Positions 37,026-52,200 of a stretch of DNA of 64,000 bases are shown one piece after another. The DNA is taken from positions 13,826,001 through 13,890,000 of the forward strand of contig OZ176050.1 in NCBI GenBank assembly GCA_964247055.1. Reading direction: 5' to 3'. Position 1 is the first letter of the stretch. Every line of letters starts with the position of its first letter. A model generated the notes under the pieces. The model was not told the DNA's origin and made no database searches. It saw only the letters and a list, made by a program, of their open reading frames with translations. Both the position numbers and the translations under genes were made by a program. This stretch comes from Paragordius varius. Taxonomy: Eukaryota; Animalia; Nematomorpha.

Positions 37026-40000
37026 ATAGTAATTGCATATTGTAAAATTTTTACTTTAATTGATCACTAAGGCGTGTTAATTTATCTTCAAGTTTATGAA
37101 TTCGAGAATTATCAATCGAGTTTTTGGAAGAAAAGCTTCCAGAATGAGATGTTTTATAAGCATTTGTCGAATTTTTTCTTTTAGTACCATTATTATGATT
37201 ATTGTATAAAGAATTTTTTGTGGATGTGTTTGATTTCTAAGCATATATATATTTTGAAATTAAAACTTATAATAAATTGAAAATTACATAAATATTTAAA
37301 GATTAAATAATGTACAGTAAAAGTTGAAATTATACGGACAAAACGTAAAAATATAAAGAGAAATATTTTATTCTAAAAGACAACCATACTTTTTATATCT
37401 TGATTTTCCAAAGTATAAAATAGAGATGTATATTAGTAACATAATTAATTATATGTTTTAGGCTTGTTATTAAATGGTTTTAATAGGATTATTTAAAGTT
37501 TAAAAAACTATGTTTGTATTTTAGAAAAAAATATTTGTCTTTATATTTTTATGTTCTGTCCGTATTTAAATTTTTACTTATTTAAAATAATAAAAAATTT
37601 TAAAACGATGTTATAATAATTCTAAAATAAAAACCATTTTACAGCAAAAAATGGGAAAATAGAAGCATATGCGTAAAACTAAAAAAACTTTTCTAACCAA
37701 TATTCTAAAACATGCCTAAAATCATGGTAATGTTTAAGGTAATGAACCAAACCCTGAGTATCATATAATTAACGATAATTTATACCATTTACAATTCAAT
37801 TTCACCCTTAATTAATGCAAATTCACCCTTGAACAATTCAAATTTACCCTTGAACAATTCAAATCCCTCGAACAATTCAAATTCACCCTAAAAATAAAAT
37901 ATATGTTTTTCAAGATTAAAAAACACTTATATTTTATATATGTGTTTAAAAATAAAAATTTTGTTTTAAATTAAAATAATACTGAAAAAATAATAAAATA
38001 TACCATAAACATGTATTTCATATTAATAATAAGTTATATTAGTTCAAAAACACAATTTATTTTTAGGGTGAATTTGAATTATTCAAATGTGAATTTGAAT
38101 TGTTGGGGGGTGAATTTGAACTGTAAATGGTATATATTACGTTCTTTGCTTGATGACTATATTAAAAAATGAGAGTAAAACTTTGAATTTAAAGTTAAAA
38201 GCTTAGTTAAACAACTTAGTGTATTCATATAATTGAAAAAACTATGTTTAGAGCTTATTTTCAGAATATTACACTTTATATATGTTATAATAAACATATT
38301 TTATGTAGCGATAAGAACCATTAATAATCAACAAAACTGCTCTATATATATTAATCCATTAAACAAAATTTTCTCACCTTTGGACTCAGTATTTTAGAGG
38401 AGTTTGTGGCCAAAATATCGTTGGAAACATTATCAAGCAACGTTTCGGCATTTAAAACACTCGGTGGTCCGTTAAGAGAAGAAGTGCCTATAGTTGAATT
38501 TTGAGATTCATATTCATTCTAAAGAAAAACGTAAAAAAAGGCGTAAAAATTTAACCATATTCAACCTCAATATTTATTTCGAAAGCTAAAAATTATTTAA
38601 CCGGTCTTAAAAATAAGGTTAATTTTGATATATTCAAAGGAGGCAACATGCATACATACAAGTAAAAATATATATAATTCTTTCATAAACCAAATCATAT
38701 TTTATCAATGATTTTATCTATATGGGTACCATTGTAAAATATAAATTTACCCCTATAATCCAAATAACAACAAATTAAAATTAAAAATAACTTTTTTATA
38801 AAAAAAAAGACACGTAAATAATTTATTTATGTTAGCCCCAATATTTTAGTGATCCTTCCAAAGAATAAACGCTGTATAAAAATAATGATGTGGTCCAAAA
38901 AATGTGATTTATTTCAAACTACCTATACTGTTCCATTTTAAATAAAATAACCTGTTATTTTGAATATGTATGTATATCTTACAAACATATATGGTTGCAA
39001 AAAATATGCTAAATCAACTTAAAGATTAGTGTAAAAAAATACTTAAAAACTATATATTTTACACACACATATTTGGCCAATAACTTCTACTTTTAGATAA
39101 CTAGGTGTGATTATGATGAGAGTTAAATAATTTGATGTTTTACCATTTGATAGCCAGCTAGCTCTCTTTCCTTATTTTACATTTGTATTCATTAAAAAAA
39201 AAATTTTATTATTACACACTGTTTATTTTATTATTACACACTGTTTATGTAAGGACATTTTTTTTATTTTGAAAAATTTGATAAACTAATATATACCTTA
39301 ATTCTTGAAGTGTTTGGCATTAAATTAGGCGGTCTTCGTAGTGAGGCCAGGGCAGATTCCACTGTATTCATTTGTGATAATGGTAAATTGTTTGATATTT
39401 TATGATTAGTATTATTATTATAGTTTAGTTGGATTTCTACATTTTCTAACAAATTATTTTCCATTGTACTCAATGGAGGGGACAAAGATCTTTCACGATA
39501 ATTTGGCTATAATTTTGGTATTAAAAGTTATAATTATTATAATAAATGTGTTTAAATAGACCTGATTAGTTATTTGATTGGGATTACTAGAGAAAAAAGG
39601 TAGTTAATTCTGATTTTTGAATAATTTTTTTTATTTTTTATAGCTATAAAAAGATAAACAAATTTGTATCCGTTATTACCAATGTAATAATATGACAAAT
39701 TGATCCCTACCCCTTACATATAATTTTAATTCTATGTACGCTCTTAAAAACAACATTCACTATAAATGAAATGTAATATTATTGAGAATTTTCTCCAAAC
39801 TTTTGGATAAAATTTAATAATTACTTTATAAAACATTTGGTGTATATATTATAATTTATGATTAGATTAAATTTACCTAATACTTATAGCCGGTCTATGG
39901 AGTTTTTACCATTGTTTCCTTATAATCCCATATTTTCATATATATATATATATATAATTAAACAATTTTTTACGCATATAATAAAACTTTTAATAGGAAA

Positions 40001-43000
40001 CTTCAGTTTGTTTTCAATCCCGACCAGATTTTAACTTGTTCTATCATGTTTTAAAAAAACCTATAATTTAACAAATCCATTTTTATTACAAACAACTTTC
40101 ATTTGACTGACCAATTATATTATTACCACAGTTACTAAAATTTTATATTAAAAATCAGATAATGTTTTTAAATGGCTATCTTTTTTTGGCATTTGATATT
40201 TAAATTTATATTATACATAGGTCATTCACTCAAAAAGCATAAACTAATTTTTTAGCCAAAGCTTTGAATAGTTTAAACAAAAATGTGTTATAAATACTAA
40301 GGGAATGTATAATTGCTACTTAACTTTTTTCCAAATATAATGATAAATTTACGTGTAGAAAGAAAACAGACAGATTTAAATAAAATTTTATCAAACATTT
40401 GACCTTTTTTGTCATTTAAAGTCAATAAAAATTCCAATATATACCCGTTTTCTATCGCGACCAGGTCTAAAACTATCACCATCGCCCTCATTTTCATCAC
40501 TCGGCGTGTCTTCGTGTTCAGAAGTTTCGTTTCTGGAATTTTTATGATTGCTATTTTTAGCGGTTCCTAAGGCAAGGGAGGATTTATTATGTGGAATATT
40601 AGTAGTGTTAGAGGTATTGTTGTTGGGTAGGGTTTTACGTAATTTTGCCAGGGGGATTTCAACTTTTTGTTCAGGGATTTCACATCTATTATATTCATCA
40701 ATCAAACAAGGTGTTTTAATTACATAACCAATAAAAAAAGTAAAATTTGTAAATTTATTTTGTTAAATCGATTAAAAGTTATAAAACTTTTAACAGCTTT
40801 AACTGAGCCATGAAAAATTTATAAACCTTATCATTTATCTTATAGAATTCAACAATTTTGAGGATGGGCTTATTTCACTTTTTACTTAATGAATAAAATG
40901 AAATGTTAGGGTTTAAAAAATTTGTTAACCAAATATTTTAGGGTTTTTTTGCAAAAATTTATACAAGCTTACAAATATAAGATGTAATATATACATAGTG
41001 AGCATTACTTACATGAAAATAACATAAATTTCAAAATTTCTTTTGTTTGTTATCAATTATCAGAACAGCAATTAGCTTTTCAAAACCGTTTATAAGTAAT
41101 TTTAAACGGTTTGAAAAAATTAATTTTTTCAAAACATTACCTATTACATTGAATATTGATACCACACACAATTTCATTTAAATCATCCAACTTTATTTTT
41201 TTAAAAAAATTTCATTATAAAAAAAGTAGCATTTAACATACTTTAAAAGTTTACATGTTTATATGCTTAGATTGGTGTAACAAACATTTTATTCATATTG
41301 TATTGAAAATATCGGAATCAAATTAGAAATTACAAGGTAATCAAAATGACATTTTCTAAAAAACAACATTTTCAAAATGATAAATGGTTGCATATTAATT
41401 GCAATATTCTGATTCAAATTTATAATAAAAGTTACCTGAGGTTAAAAAATCCTAATTTCAAAAAACATAAACCCTAATACAATTTAAAAGTAAATAATTA
41501 TCATTATATATGCAATTATAATTCAACTAACATTATATAAATTTATTATGATATTTCGATCGATTACTACAAGTAATCTTTGTCAAACGTAAAAATCCAA
41601 ATTTAATAAACATAAATTAAAATTTAAAGTATAAAAACTTTTATAAATTTTTTTGAAAAAAAAGTTTAAAAAACCTATTGGCTTTTCTATCAATATTTTG
41701 GGCACATTCCCAAAACTCATCACCCGTTTCAATCATAAATTCTATGCCAGAAGAATCAGAAGAAGTATTATTGTTGGCTGATGGAATCGTTTGAAATGGT
41801 ATTTTACGAAATTTCATACATCGTGCTAGTATGGAAAAAGTATATTACATTAGTTAAAACGTTAAAAAATTTAAAAAATATTATCATTCATAACAACTTT
41901 TCAAATTTTTTCCTTTTTTATATTGTTGTTTATTCTGATTACACTGATAAATTCATCTAATTTATAAACCAAGATGTATCGTTAGGCTGATTTCTTAGAT
42001 CACCAAAATAAAGGGAAACAATAAAAATCAATTGTACTTTAAATACCATTTTTATTAGCTCTGTGTTTTGTCCACTAATATAATGAATGATAAGATATTA
42101 CAGTAAAAATTGAAATTATACGGACAAAACGTAAAAATAAAAAGCAAATATGTTTTTTCAAAAGACAACAATATTTGTACAATCTCCATTTTTTTAAAAT
42201 TTAAAAATCACATTTTTTTTATAATTTGCACAAAGTAGAAATTGTGATGTATATTGATAACACAATCAATTATATATTTTTTAAATAATTATATCATCTG
42301 TAATGGAAAACTGATTTGAAAAAGTATATTCTCTTATAAAAAACATATTTGTCCTTATAATTTTTCCAGTTTGTCCGTATAATTTCACTATTTAGTTTAA
42401 AATAAGGTGTTTAAATAATTGTATTATCTTAAAATTTAAAATATATAATGATAAACATAAAATATATTTTTATTATAAAAATTCTTTAAAACAATGAAAC
42501 TTTTTAGGTAAAACTATATATAAGCTATGATACAGTGTGCATTTTAATGGTATTTATTTGAAATTACAGTGTTGGGTAATTTGCAACACAGTATGGTATA
42601 GAAAAAAAGGAAACAATTGTTTTTTCACAATTTTTGCCCAACTATATAGTGTGAAATAAGCAACCATTAAAATGCATATTGTCTTTCGAACTAACTAATT
42701 TGATAAAATATTCAAATTGTAAATTCTATTTTTGCTGTAAAATCAAAAACCTAAATTAACTCTTATATATTAATTTTTATACCACACTGCTTATATTTGG
42801 GGATAATCATTAATCTGCGCATATTGAAGGGAGACGAGTGATTTGGAATAATTTGATCATCAGTTTCGTATCCATAAAATTTCCTATATATAAAAAAATT
42901 ATAAAGTTTGTAAACATTATAATCAATAAATTTACTGGTAAAATAAAATTATTGAAAAAATTAAATATATATATTACCAAAATTCTTTCCAATTCTTGTA

Positions 43001-44549
43001 TTCGGTACCTATTAAAAGAAAAATAAATAATAAGCCATTTACAATTCATATTCCTTAAACAATTCAAATTTACCCTTAAATAATTAAATCTCAAATAAAA
43101 TGTTTTTTAAAATTAAACAATACCTATATCTTTATGAAATAAAATTTTGTTGTAAATTAAAATAATGCTAAAAAATAAATAGTACAAAAACACATGATTC
43201 CTTTTTAGGGTGACTTTGAATTGTTTATGGGTAAATTTAAATTGGAGTGTGAATATGAATTGTTAAAGGGTGAATTTGAACTGTAAATGGTATATCATTA
43301 TAAAAAGTTATAATCAATTATAAATACATATACTATGACATAAGGTGTAAAATAAGTAATTTAATACAAGTTTAAGGTATTTATATAAAGGAATGTACAT
43401 TTTTGAAATAAATTTTTTATATATATATATTAAAAGAATGTCATAAAGTTTGGGCAACTCTAGATTTTTTGTTCCATTAGGATTTGATAGAAAATTTTTA
43501 ATTATTTTCTTAACCAATTTTTATATTAAAATATTTTACTATATTATTTTAAAAAAACTAAGATCTCATATTTCGATAACTTCAATTTCGTTTAGTTATT
43601 TTCAAAGTAATAGAAAATCGCTACTTTACACTTTTTATTTATAAATAAAAAACTAAGGTTTAAAATTTTTTAACTATTTTACATTTAATATCAACATATG
43701 TTAGTTGATTATTTTATACAACTAAGATTAATTTTAATAATAAAAATTTCAAGATTAATTTTTTAAGGTAATGAAATAGAAATTCGCTATTTAACACTTT
43801 TTATTTATAATTAAAAAACTAAGGGTTTAATAAAAGTTTTTAACTATTTAATACATTTTATAATAGTATATATTACTCTTTAATTATATTATTTCACAAT
43901 TCGATAATATTAATTATTCTCAAAGCAATGAAATAAAAAAAATCTACCAACTTTTATTAAACTCAATAATATCACTGATGTAATCATTGAAATGAGTGTT
44001 TATAACATTTTTTAACCATTTTATTTTTCAAATTTTATAAATATATTTTACTTTATTTTACAAAACTAAATTTATTTTAAGATTAATTATCCTCAAGGTA
44101 ATAAAATAAAAAAAATCTACCAACTTTTATTAAAATCGATAATATCACTGATGTAATCATTGAAATGGGTGTTTATAACATTTTTTAACAATTTCCATTC
44201 CTTTTCATCAGCAAAATCTTGTTTATTGTGCGTGGGCTCTAACAATTCATACGGGATATCTACCAAACATACTACACCATTGTTTTTAACTACAAGGGAA
44301 AAAAATAAATTTTATTCTTTACATATATATAAAATAAATTATAAGTTTTTGAACTAGATTAACTTATAATTTAAATAAAAATTATTATTTTTGGTAAAAT
44401 TTGTTGAAAAATAATTTATTATTGCCAAAATTTGAAATTTTTAAACAAAAGAAAGTAGAAATATATTCTATCCCAATTTCAAAAATATATAACTAATTAT
44501 AAATCACAAAAGTTAATATATGAAACTTTCACTAATAAACTCGATTCAA

Positions 44550-44588
<39 letters not shown>

Positions 44589-46197
44589 AATTTAAAATAT
44601 ATGAATGTAATATAAAATCTAAAATATTAAAATAAATGAAATTTATTTATACCATTTACAATTTAAATTTACCTGTAAACAATTATAATTCAAATTTACC
44701 ATAAAATTATGTGTTTTCGAACTAATATAACTCCTCATTAGTAAATAAAATATTCTAATGGCAAAATTTATTATTTTTTCATTGTATTTTAATAATTTTA
44801 AACGTAATTTCATTTTTAAAAATATAAAAAATATAGGTAATTTTAAATCTTAAAAAACACTTAATTTATCTTAGGGTGAAATTAAATTGTTCAAGGGTGA
44901 AATTGAACTGTAAATGTTATATATTTTGATGAAAAAACATACTGGAGGAAAGAGGGTGATTATTGAAAGGTTGATACAATTTTATTAGACGTCCCTGATT
45001 GTAAATGAAAGCCCCATTCCGACTCCTATGGTTAACATTCAACCCAAAAATGAGATCAAGAGATTTAGGGTCCTTTAGTGATCTGAAAAGTAAATTTTAA
45101 AAAATATAAAATTATAAAGAAAAATATTTTTCGAAAATAAAAACTGTCATTCTTTTAATTAACTTTGATGTTTTAAAATGAAAAAAATAGTAAGTTAGTA
45201 TCAATAAGATATCAGTGCTGATTTAAAAAAATAAGGTTTAAAAAAGTATCATCAAATTGTCTTTTAAAAAAAATTGTTTTTATTTTTACGCTTTGTTGTT
45301 CCTTATATTATTAATTTTTACTATAAGAACTAATGTATAAAAAATAAAATTTTAGAAAAATCTCGACAAAAATGTAATGTTTATGACTTTTCATTACTTT
45401 AAACAATAAAAAAATTTATAATTTTTTAGAAAAAGTTCTAAAGTTAAATTAACTTTTGTTTTTTCTCTGCAGATTGCTTGAGCAGGTCGGCTTTCCGCCT
45501 TAACGATTTGGCATGTTCCAAGGCTTTACGCAATTCCATCTACATAAAAACATAGTTAAAATTAATATATACCATTTACAATTTAAACTATAACCCTATA
45601 AAATAAATTATGTGTTTTCGGGCAGCTAAAACTCATCATTAATATGAAATTTATCTTTGTGGCGCATAGTTTATTATGTTTTTAGTATTATGAATTTCAT
45701 TTTTATATAGATAATTTTTAATCTTAAAAAACAGATAATTTATTTTAGGGTGAATTCGAATAGTTCAGGGGTGAATTTGAGGTGTAAATGGTATAATTTT
45801 AAAAAAGTATAAAAGTTTAATCTTATTAACCTCAAAAAATATTTTTATCAAATTTTTTATATAATACGTAAAAATATGCCATATAATTACCCTTTTCTGT
45901 TTATCGAGTAAGGTGGATCCATATCTTTTTCGCATATCGCTAAATGATAAAATAAAATAAAAAAATTTTTTATTAAAAGAAATTAATAAAAAAAATAAAT
46001 TCAGGATTAATTTCTTAAAAAAAATAATTTAATTTTTACCATTCATAATTGGTATTCCTAAACTCTTAAAACTCAACTTTACATATATAGGTCCCTTAAT
46101 ATTATAACCTTGACTAGAGTTTTAAAATTTCTGATATTTTTTAAAAAAATTATTATATACCGTTCTTTGCTCTCAGCCTCACGTGCAATTTCTTCCG

Positions 46198-46242
<45 letters not shown>

Positions 46243-49200
46243 TTGAAAAAATATAAAATTTAATTTTATATTAAAAAATTAATTAAAATGTATAAACTAT
46301 AAATTTAATATTTTGGCATATCAAATTTAAACACCCTAATAGTATCCTAAATATACCATTAAACAAAGCGAAATCGAAAAAAAATTAATTTTTTAATTAT
46401 AACAATTATAAAAATAATTAATACGGTATTTAATAAGAGAAAGAGAGGAAGTTATAATATAACATTTTTTGGCTTAATACATTTATTTTCTTTTTTAATT
46501 TAAAAAAAAATTTTTTATATGGATTCACCGCCAAATAAATAATACCATTAACAATTCAAATTCACCCTATTAATAAATTATGGGTTTCCGGGCTAATTAT
46601 ATTTTATATGTAATATATCTTTATGACATATTTTATTATTATTTCAGTATTATTAAATTCCATTTTTTTAAAAAAATGTCAAAAAAATATAGGAAATTTT
46701 TAATCTTAAAAAACACATAAATATATTTTAGGGTGCATTTGAAATGGAATTGTTCAAGGGTAAATTTGAATTGTTCAAGAATGATTTAAAGTGTGAATGA
46801 TATATTTATATAGAATTATATATATTATAAAATATTTTCAAATTAACAAAATTAAAATAATACAATATGATATTATATATACCATACCAATTTTTGATTC
46901 ATTCAGTGTTTTCTTGTAATCAGATTCGGCCTTTGCCTTAAACTTATTGCAAGTGTAAGTATATCTTTTATACTTGTATAACCAATGAAGCCAATGTATA
47001 CGTGAAACTCGACTATTTCTTAACCTTTAGATATTTAGTAAAAATATAAAAAATTTAACTTAAAATAATTATTATTTATAAAGTAAATTATAGTTTTTAA
47101 TTATTATATAATATAATAAAAAGACAAAACCAAAAAATAATGGTTTATAATAAAAACTATATAGATTTATGACTTGATTATAAAAAAAACCAAAAATTAT
47201 TTATGAATTATGGGTAGCTTTTTATTTTATTCAGAATTAATTCAAAATGTCCAAGGGTGAATTTAACAGCGGTTATAATATACCATTTACAGTTAAAATT
47301 CACCCTTGACATATTCATATTCCCCCTAAATAAAATAAGTGTTTTTTAAGATTAAAAATCACCTATATTTTTTTATATTTTTAAAAAATATAATTTTGTC
47401 TAAAATTAAATAATACTGAAAAAATAATAAACTATGGCATTAAAATATATTTCACATTAATGATGAATTATATTACCCCTAAAACACAATTTATGTTTAG
47501 AGTATAAATTCACAAGAGTTATAATTGTATTTATATAATATTTAGAAAAAAAATATGTAATCATATCAAAATTCCATAATATCTTTTTACCTTTAATAAA
47601 CATTTTAATTAAAATATATTCTATAAAAAAAGTTAAATAAAAATTTATAATTACCATAGCGAGCAATCATCTCGATTAGCGTCTGTAGTTAACATGCGGG
47701 ACGAATATGCACCTATAAACATTTATAATTATATAAAAAAAATTTAAAAATATTTTTTTTCATTAAAGTGACTCAAACTTTTTATTGAAAGTGAGTTAGC
47801 CTTACTTTAAAATTTTTAGTAATTATCATAATTTATAAATTTTTTATATTCAAAAAAGCATATAAAGTAATTTTTAAAAGTCTATTCTAAATGCACAAAA
47901 AATATTTTGCACACATCCTAACAGTTTAAATTAAAATATATAATAAATGCTGTTTTTTAACAAGATAGTATAACTATATCTCAAAAACTCAATGGTTTTA
48001 TTAAAAACTTTAAAATATCTATCATTTATCATTTTCTTGCATTTGCAAATAACCTATTTAGGTATGGTTTTTATGAAAAAAAAACACTCTAAAAAATTAC
48101 TTTTATTACATTCACAAAAAATAAAACTAAACATTGTTTGAATGAAAAATACCTAATCCAAAATATAGCATAGCGAGATAGGCTCTGAGTGAAACTTTTT
48201 CCAACGGTTCCCCAGTTAATTCAACCAAATCTTTTATAGAAGTAGTTGTTTCCGACGAATTATCTCGAGTTTCATTTCGATTTTCATCCGTACTATTTTC
48301 TGTGGTTAATGTACCACCATTAGTTAATGTAGAGTTTAACGAATTAAATTTTGCATTAACTAGGGGTTTGCCAAGAGGAACATAGGACTCTTCGTCGAGC
48401 AGTGCGGTAGATTCATCGCCTAATAGAAGTTTTATAATGATACTTTTTATTTTAATTTGAGCAATTTTTGCTTGATTTAAAATTATGATTTATAATAAAA
48501 AAATTAATTATTTAACCATTTTTATGGTAATTGTTAACAATTTTTTTTATAAAAAACATTTTTCCAACAATATAAAACCATGAATTAATAGCAAGTCTTT
48601 GAGGTTAAAAGCGTAAAACGCTATATATACGTAAAATATCCCCTAATTGAAATTTTAATAATAGATGTGAGAGGGTGACCATACAATATTAACCTGTGAA
48701 CTAAAAAAAAACTTGTCTTGAAATATAAAATATATATTTATAATTATATTTACAAGTTAATGTGGCAATATAAAATCGTTCAAAAACAATTATTTATAAA
48801 AGCTCCAAACGCAAACTATCTATTTAATCCTTCGTCCCAACTAAAAAAACTATTTGAATAAAAAAACCACTTTAAATCCGTTTAAAATCTCAAAAATCAA
48901 TTCTATATTTAAATATAAATCTTATTTCTCTTCCTTTGGACTCCCGTATATATGATAAATAACTTTTTTCACCAAAATTAAACCATATTAGAAAAAAACC
49001 CTTATAACTATTCAAAAAACTAATAAAAAAAAATTTTTTTTAGCCCCCTTAATAAAAGTCTATGAAAAAAAAATAAAAAAAAGTAAAAACCCGTATGTTC
49101 AGACGAAGGTTTTGCCAATAAAATATCGGTGGGATAACTCAAGAAATCTAGCTCAGTTTTTCCACTCGTGTCAAGTTTTAGGGTATAAACGCAAACTAAC

Positions 49201-52200
49201 GTTCCACTTGGTCCATTTATACTACAGAAACGAGCCATAAGATCGGTCATGGTTTGAAAGGGTGAATACTTTAGTATAAGGCTTAATTCTAGCTCAGCCT
49301 GAAATAAATATATACCATTCACAATTCAAATTTACCTTTGAACAATTCAAATTCACCCTTGAACAATTCAAATTCACCCTTGAACAATTCAAATTCACCC
49401 TTAAACAATTCAAATTTACCCATGAACAGTTCAAATTCACCCTTGAACAATTCAAATTCACCCTCAAACAATTCAAATTCACCCTTAAACAATTCAAAAA
49501 ATTCACTCTAAAAATAAATTGTGTGTTTTCAAACTAATATAACTTATTATTAATATGTAATATATCTTTATGGCGCATAGTTTATTATTTTTTTAGTATA
49601 TTTTAATTTAAAAAAACAAAATTTGTTTTTTTAAAAAATACATAATAATTGAGGGTGAATTTGAATTGTTCGAGGGTGAATTTGAATTGTTCAAGGGTAA
49701 ATTTGAATTGTAATTGGTATATAATAAAAATTGAAAATTATAATGATTTCACATTGCAATTATTTAAATGGTTGCTTATTTCACAATATAGTAGGACGGG
49801 CAATTTGTAACACAGGAGTGTATGGAAAAAAGAAAGGAAATAATGGTTTTATTCAACATTTTGTTGTTTTTTCCATACACTACTGTGTGTTGCAAATTGG
49901 GCTACTATAGTGTGAAATCAGCAATCATTAAAATGCAAAAAGTAAATATTTTGTATCAATATAAAAGTAATGTAGATGATAAAATAATGTATGTTATAAA
50001 TAACTGGGAAAGAACCAAATAGTTTCAACAATTTATTTAATATTAGTTTAATTCAAAATAAAAATACCGATGACCCTTCATTTAAGAATTTCAATTTTAT
50101 GCGTTCATTATATTACTTATTAAATAGTTTCTCAATTAAGGTCCTAACTTCAACAATTAACCGTGAGTATTTCCCACAATTATGGAGTTCAGAATTATTT
50201 TAAAACATTATAATTTGCAAAAAAAACTTAAAAGATTACTAATCTATCAAAATCTCGATTTTTTAATTATAACGTTTTAGGTTGGGTAAAATAGGTAATA
50301 GTCTATTGTTAAGATACACCAATATTTCCTAGAGGGTCGAAAAAATTAAGGTTTATAAAAGTCAACTCTTTATATAAAAAATATTTGTTGTGTTTTTGTA
50401 TTTGCGTTTTTGTCTGTTGTATAAATCAATTTTTGTTGTTATTAATTATTTTTACATTTAGTCTGTCTTATAATTTCAAATTTTTACTGCAATATTGTTT
50501 ATTTGGGATCAAATAACTGTAGAGAACATTAATATACCAAAATCGAGAGCATGCATTATATACTAATGTAATACTTATTTTTAATATGAAATTCATATAA
50601 AATAAAAATAAATTTCATCAAATTTTCAACTTTCTTTAAAAATCTTATTAAAAAATTAAAATCTGCAAATGTTAGATATACTTTTTCCTTTAGGTCCTCG
50701 TCATCATCGTAAAACAATTGAAGCGTTTCCGTGTTGAAAGAGGGCGAAGGAACAATCACTTCATCAATCTTTTCTTCCTCGTGGAAGGTTCGAGATAACA
50801 TAAGGCATGTCATTGGGTGATTTTGACACTTGGTAAATAGTATAAAATCATGACCTATTCGCATTGAACCTCTAAGGAAAGATGGAAAAAAGAAATATTA
50901 ATTTGGTTAATTCGATAATTAGTTGGATAAATCGGAGCGCCATTTAGATGATTATAAAAGTTTTTTACAGTAAAAAGTATGAAATTATACGGAAACGTAA
51001 AAATATTTTTTTTGTAAAAGTCAAGACCATACTTTTTAAACCTTAATTTTTCTCATATAAATTATATAATTACAAATTTATAATATATAATTAATTGTGT
51101 CACCAATATAGATATAAATTCTATATTCTTTTAACGAATCACAGTAAAAATTTAAATTATACGGACAAAACATAAAAATATAAAGACAATTTTTTTTCAA
51201 AAGACAACCATACATTTTTAATCTATTTTTTCAATTAAAACTCATTGTTTCGAATTGCACATAAAATAAAAGGTAGGTGTGTGAGCACGTCTTGGTTTTT
51301 TCAAGTAAATACTTATGATTGAACCATTAAAAAAACTAATAGAACCATGCTTTAAATAATTAAATATATTATGCTGAAATTTGATAAAATAGATATGAAT
51401 AAAATCCCCGATATGTTTCATTTCCCCTTCGTGAAAATATTATTTACGGGGTAGTCCAAAATCTTGTTTTCGTAATAATATTTTTAGGAGGGTATATGGA
51501 AAATGATTGTATTATAACATAAAATAGTAAAAACTTAAAGTGTAAACAATGGTAAAGCCAGAGTTAAAGGATACAAATATTGAAAAAACGTAATGTCTTA
51601 CACATTTTATCGCCAAACTTTATGAAACAAAAAACACTAAAATATCCAAGCTATTTCTCTTAGTTTTAACTTATTGGCCTCTAAATTATTATTGTTGAAC
51701 TTAAAACAACATACTTAAATAATAAATTTGACCCCAAAACACTATAATCTCCACATTGATCAAATTATATAATTTGGTTATGAGACGAAAATAGACACTC
51801 GTTAATGATCGCTCAGAACATAAAAAAAGAAAATGCTGACAGTCAAAATATTATAGGAAAATTAAACCAATAAAGATATAGAATTATTTAGTATTTGATG
51901 GAATTGAACGGTAAATTTAAATCCATAAATTTTAGTTTTCCAAGTTTACACAAAGGCTTATTATATAATAAGTGTATTTAGTATGGAAATGATGATAGCG
52001 CATGCGTAAATCCATAAATCTGTTGTCAGGCAAGAAAAATCTTTAAATTTATAAAACATACGCTTAAAACAAGAATTTAAAAGCATTGAATAATGTACAC
52101 AGAAAATGATTTCAAGAATAGCAGAAACGCAATTATATGGTAAGATGAAACTTTTTATATGATAATAATTATAGAAGATGCAAAACAGCGGTAAGGTTAA

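Noticed and set aside
43314-43517. ORF in a MORC intron ([11 protein letters not shown]) as a candidate exon
   Set aside because: Exons 42978-43008 and 42783-42883 already supply the conserved FW...GY block in phase.
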